Shown here piece after piece: positions 59,778 to 64,000 of a stretch of 64,000 nucleotides of DNA; positions within the stretch are counted from its first letter, which is position 1; each line of letters starts with the position of its first letter. The DNA comes from Eremomyces bilateralis CBS 781.70. Taxonomy: Eukaryota. The stretch lies in assembly GCA_010015585.1 (NCBI GenBank), contig ML975153.1. The stretch is one strand, 5' to 3'. Under the pieces are notes generated by a model, which saw only the letters and a program-made list of their open reading frames with translations, did no database searches and was not told where the DNA came from. A program made the position numbers and the translations under genes.

Positions 59778-61076
59778 TCAAGGCGCGTGATATGTGCAAT
59801 GGGCGGAGCCATCACATCCTAACACCTTGCAAGCGACCGACTCAGGTTTATGGTTATGGAGGAGGTACGCGGGGTTGAGTCCCGACACGTCCATGCCATG
59901 GCCATCATACGAACCTGGCCGCGAAAGTGAGGATGACACGAGGCCCCACTCCAGAGACATCCCAGGGTCTGGGAAGGGGATGGGTGTGAACTCAGTTGAC
60001 GGGGTCTCAACTGTCGTTGTGCTTAGAGGAGACGAGGGCAGACTGACTTCGACCATGTGATCTCCCTCCACCTTGATCTCTTTGTCCCGGATCTTGCGCA
60101 TCAAGGCCAAAAAGTTGCTTTCCTGGAACTTTTGGCTCGTGTTATCGGATACACTCTGCAACAGCTGTCCGGCAGTCTGCGCGAGGGCGTCATCGTCAAT
60201 CACCTGGGGCTGCTGCTCCGCTACCCCCTGTCCCTTTTCTCTGTGCTCCCGCTCTATTCGTTGGAGCTCCTCGGGCGTGTATTGCGTGTAGTAGTCGGCC
60301 TCGGCGTCCAGGCCTTGGTTTTGCAAGTAGCTGATGGTGTCGTGTATCGACTCATCGTGCACTGGATCGTACGTTACATCTGGGTTTAGGAGTTCTCTCT
60401 CCACATTCTCTCCCAAAGAAATCTCTGCTCTGGCGTCGTCGAAGGCTCTCTCGAACGCTGCATCATCGAATAGGTTCTCCTCATAAAACTCGGCCCGCTG
60501 CTTTCCGGGCTGCTCGCTGACTTGATTCATCGGCGAATACATCGGCGCGTAGAGAGGCTGATGAGCCATCGGCGAAAATGACGGGCGTAATTGCGATGGT
60601 TGCATAGTCTGCGGCGACGGTCCGCTCTGCTGTTGCAGGAAGTCTTGGTGCCATGATGCCCCGCCTTGCCCCACGTGCGACTGCGCCTGGTGCGACGGAG
60701 CAAACTGAGGAGGGGCGGATCCTATGGTCAGGTTCTGGAAGTCTGAAGCCCAGCCAGGAAGAGACGACTGCGGAGCAGCATGGTGCTGAGGGGGTAGGTG
60801 ATGGTTGAAATGGCTGGCTTCGGAGAGGGTCTGTGGAGAGGCGCCGGCTTGGAAAGCCTCGAATTCCGGATCTAAAGTTCCCGCTGGTCCCGGTGATGAT
60901 CGAAAGCCCTGCTGCTATGCATAAATAGACGGTACAGATTCGGATAGCAAGAAATATCCTACCTGAGAAGGGGAGTGTCGTTGCACCAGTCTGTCTTGTT
61001 GCAGAGTCCGGTCTGTCGCAGCATGTTTCTGGAAGCTTTGCAGGGCGTTCGACGGACCGCACAATGCATCGGCCAT
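59778..61076 (-). CDS. PEX20: PTS2 co-receptor Pex20-like peroxin; C-terminal exon structure uncertain
   Basis: N-terminal MADALCGPSNALQSFQKH..DRTLQQDRL with conserved Cys, WxxxF motifs (WASDF, WHQDF), FERAF and the Pex7-binding-type KFQESNFLALMRKIRD. Confidence 0.8.
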
Positions 61077-61420
61077 TTTGGTCTCGTTCCTGTTGTCTCC
61101 AAATCTCTTACGCACAATACCTGTACATGAATATTACGAAGAGAACTAGGAAATATAAGAAACGTCGCCGGAGAGAACGAGAGGCGGAACTTCATATGAG
61201 AAACCGTCGGAGGCAACGGCGAATTCCGGCCTCGGTCGCTCTTGCCCAATGCCAATTGGTCATACCACGTGATCTATACCATGTGACCCGACTTTTCGAG
61301 AAGATTAGCTAAGCATGATTCTGATATGGCATACCGTAGCTGTAGAGCTGCTCCGTAAAGGCGTAAACATTATCGCAAATAGAAGAGAACGAGGCCCGCA
61401 TTGCCCACAAACACGCCATC

Positions 61421-62612
61421 ATGGTAAGCTGATCCTACACTCTTGGGTTTTCGGCCTGGATTGAAGCTAATCCTATCAATCTAGGCGCAAGTCATCTCAA
61501 ATACCGGTCACGATGACATGATTGTAAGCCAGCACAGCACCAACTTCGAAACCTGGCCACGGAAGTAACAGCCTGTCCTTAGCATGATGCCGTCCTCGAC
61601 TATTACGGGCGCCGCCTTGCGACATGCTCCTCTGACAAGACCATCAAGATCTACGAGATCGAGGGCGAAGCACACAGGCTGATAGAGACCCTGAAAGGCC
61701 ACGAAGGCGCAGTATGGTGTGTCTCATGGGTACGTGGACGTCGCATCGTGAGCGGACATGGCCAGTAACAATCTCCAGGCACATCCGAAGTACGGCAACA
61801 TCCTCGCATCCGCCAGCTATGACGGTAAAGTCCTCATCTGGCGAGAGCAGAACGGTCAATGGTATATTCAGGACACCCTGTCTCCCCCGCATGCACCCAA
61901 ACTAATGCAGGACAATCCAGGCAACGAATTTACGACTTCTCCCTCCACACCGCCTCCGTAAACCTCCTCTCATGGTCTCCCCACGACAGCGGATGTCTCC
62001 TTGCCTGCGCCTCCTCCGACGGCAATGTCTCCGTCCTAGAATTCAAAGACAACACCTGGGCCCACACAATATTCCAGGCGCATTCCCTCGGCGTGAACGC
62101 CGTCAGCTGGGCACCCAGCGTCGGCCCCGCCGGTGTCGCGAGCGCCATGCCATCGGCGAACGGATCAGCCACGCGTCGGTTCGTCACTGGTGGGAGCGAC
62201 TGCCTGGTGAAGATCTGGGAGTATAACGCGGCGGCGTCCCGCTACGAGAACACCACCACCCTCACTGGGCACCAGGACTGGGTGCGCGATGTCGCCTGGG
62301 CGCCGACGATCCTCGCGAAGAGCTATATCGCGTCGGCCTCGCAGGATAAGACGGTGCGGATCTGGAGTTCGTCGACCGCATCCGGAGGTATGTCACCGCC
62401 GTCGCCGCTCGTGCGCGCCTGCTGAGGAGTGTCGCTAACCGTTTGTAGGAGAATGGCAGCCGGAAGTCCTCACGTTCGAGACCGTGGCATGGCGGGTGAG
62501 CTGGAGCTTGAGTGGCAATGTTCTCGCTGTTAGCACCGGCGATAACCGGGTTAGCCTCTGGAAGGAACGGCTAAAGGGCGGTTGGGAATGTGTGAAGACG
62601 ATCGAGGAATGA
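61421..62612 (+). CDS. SEC13: COPII / nuclear pore WD40 protein Sec13
   Basis: [45 protein letters not shown] and [11 protein letters not shown]. Confidence 0.97.
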
Positions 62613-63234
62613 TTGCCGTCGAACTGTTTGAATCCTTGAATTAATAAAGCTATCCGTGACGGTCTGCTCCCTGAGAGCTCAAGGATCACTGGCTTTACGG
62701 ATGGCGGATCTCCATCCCAACGGTATTTGATGATCGCAAGTCGTTTGAAGTAGCAGGCGTACCTGCATACAGAGGCGTCCATGAAAACGGTTTGGATTGG
62801 AGGCAAGGGAATATTGATGGGGCGAGTGCGGCGCTGCGTAAACTCAAGACTTTCACGGAATGAAACGCTGAAACCCCGTTGATCTGAATCATGGACTGAA
62901 TTGTCCTTGTCGAATATATTTAACCGCCTCACTTACTAAATCACTTTTTGGCTGCCGTGGATAATCGCCCTCTCCATATCCCCCTCAAATGCACGCCACC
63001 TGCCTCCCCTCAAGACCTTGCCAACTTGCCAAAGGTCCAATTCCCTCTACCTCCGGGCCCTCGACTGATATGACCGAAAACGATAGCCATAGAAAATTTC
63101 AAATAAAACGCCTTTATGAACCCCTCCGTCAGGGTGCCATGTAGATTGAAATGCATGAACTGCGTGCGTAATGTCATGACCTTCGCAGAGCTAAATGCTG
63201 CGTAAAAGGTCTGTTGAGATCCGGCGAGCGTCGC

Positions 63235-64000
63235 CTACACATCGACGAAACCATCACGCTCGCGATCGTTTTGCCAGGACCAGTCATCCTGAGCATCATC
63301 CACTTCCCACATGATGAACGGCCCGCAGTACATCTAAAGATGGGGGTTCAAGTCAGCATGAGCCTGGTAAAGTGAACGGCAATACGAATGATACGAACAA
63401 AGTTCTCCGGCTCCTGGGGCTGATAGCTCCACCAACGGCCGACGATGATCTTCGACCCGGGCAAAACCACCCCTTCGTACGCCCAAAGGGCGTCTTCGAA
63501 GGGATTGCCATCCTCAAAATATTTCATCATAGTAATTCGCTGGAAACCGGGAACGCCATTCTGGGAAGGTAACGGATTGAGAAAGCCTTGAGAGAAGAAG
63601 TCCCTGGTGGTGGTGTTAGTATGAACTTAATTGCCGATGGAGAGGTGGTCCCCAGGACATCGATCGAGGGCGGGGAACTCACTCGTCATCGTAGCCAGTG
63701 CCGATGAAGCGACGAGAAGCCTCTCGCATGCTCTTCGTCTCCAATTCGGGGATTCCGCCACGGTGCTGGGCTCGGGTGCGGCGGGGACTCGGCTCGCGCA
63801 AGGAGTGCAGGATTTGTTCGAACCCTTCCGGCCAATCGGTCGCAAAGCTCTCCGGGAAGTCGATCACCAATTTCTATTCTTCAGTCAGTTCAGATAAATG
63901 AATCTCGGAATGACTGTGCTGTTACCTGGATCGATTTGTCCCCCTTGTCAAGGTTGCGGTCATCGAAGAGAGACCCAGAGTCGGGTCCCGCGCTACGGAT
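63235..64000 (-). CDS. 3' part of a fungal hypothetical protein, possibly an F-box-associated family; truncated by window edge
   Basis: Open frame ending ..WAYEGVVLPGSKIIVGRWW|..YCGPFIMWEVD..* with a GT-AG intron near 63334-63397. Confidence 0.6.

Noticed and set aside
1..64000. CRISPR arrays, rRNA, autonomous transposons, prokaryotic operons
   Set aside because: None seen: this is eukaryotic intron-containing DNA with no repeat-spacer arrays or transposase/RT ORFs.

Overview
Gene-dense, intron-rich nuclear DNA from a filamentous ascomycete (Pezizomycotina). Introns are short (~50-60 nt) GT..CTRAY..YAG type, so the ORF track fragments most genes. I can support about 27 protein-coding loci. 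Most are conserved housekeeping genes: RCD1/CAF40, CWF19, KIN1, GPATCH1-like, RAD51, QNS1, TRM11, SAL1, SYN8, HSP10, OLA1, mitochondrial uS11, TIM44, PEX20 and SEC13. The rest include a TilS-like PP-loop protein, a HET-C family protein, a TRAF/RING protein and a PPPDE peptidase. There are two accessory patches. At ~1.6-11 kb lie a disrupted GT25 gene and a three-gene oxidative cluster whose products end in PTS1-like tripeptides. At ~32.6-36 kb lie a 173-bp TA-flanked MITE and a tRNA gene. The standout observation is that tRNA gene (34697-34832, minus strand). It folds into a perfect 73-nt tRNA-Thr(AGT) only after removing both a canonical 9-nt tRNA intron at 37/38 and a 54-nt intron with full spliceosomal signals (GTATGT..CACTAAT..CAG) inside the anticodon stem. 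Exon boundaries and family assignments were made by eye without database searches. CDS coordinates are start-to-stop spans including introns.
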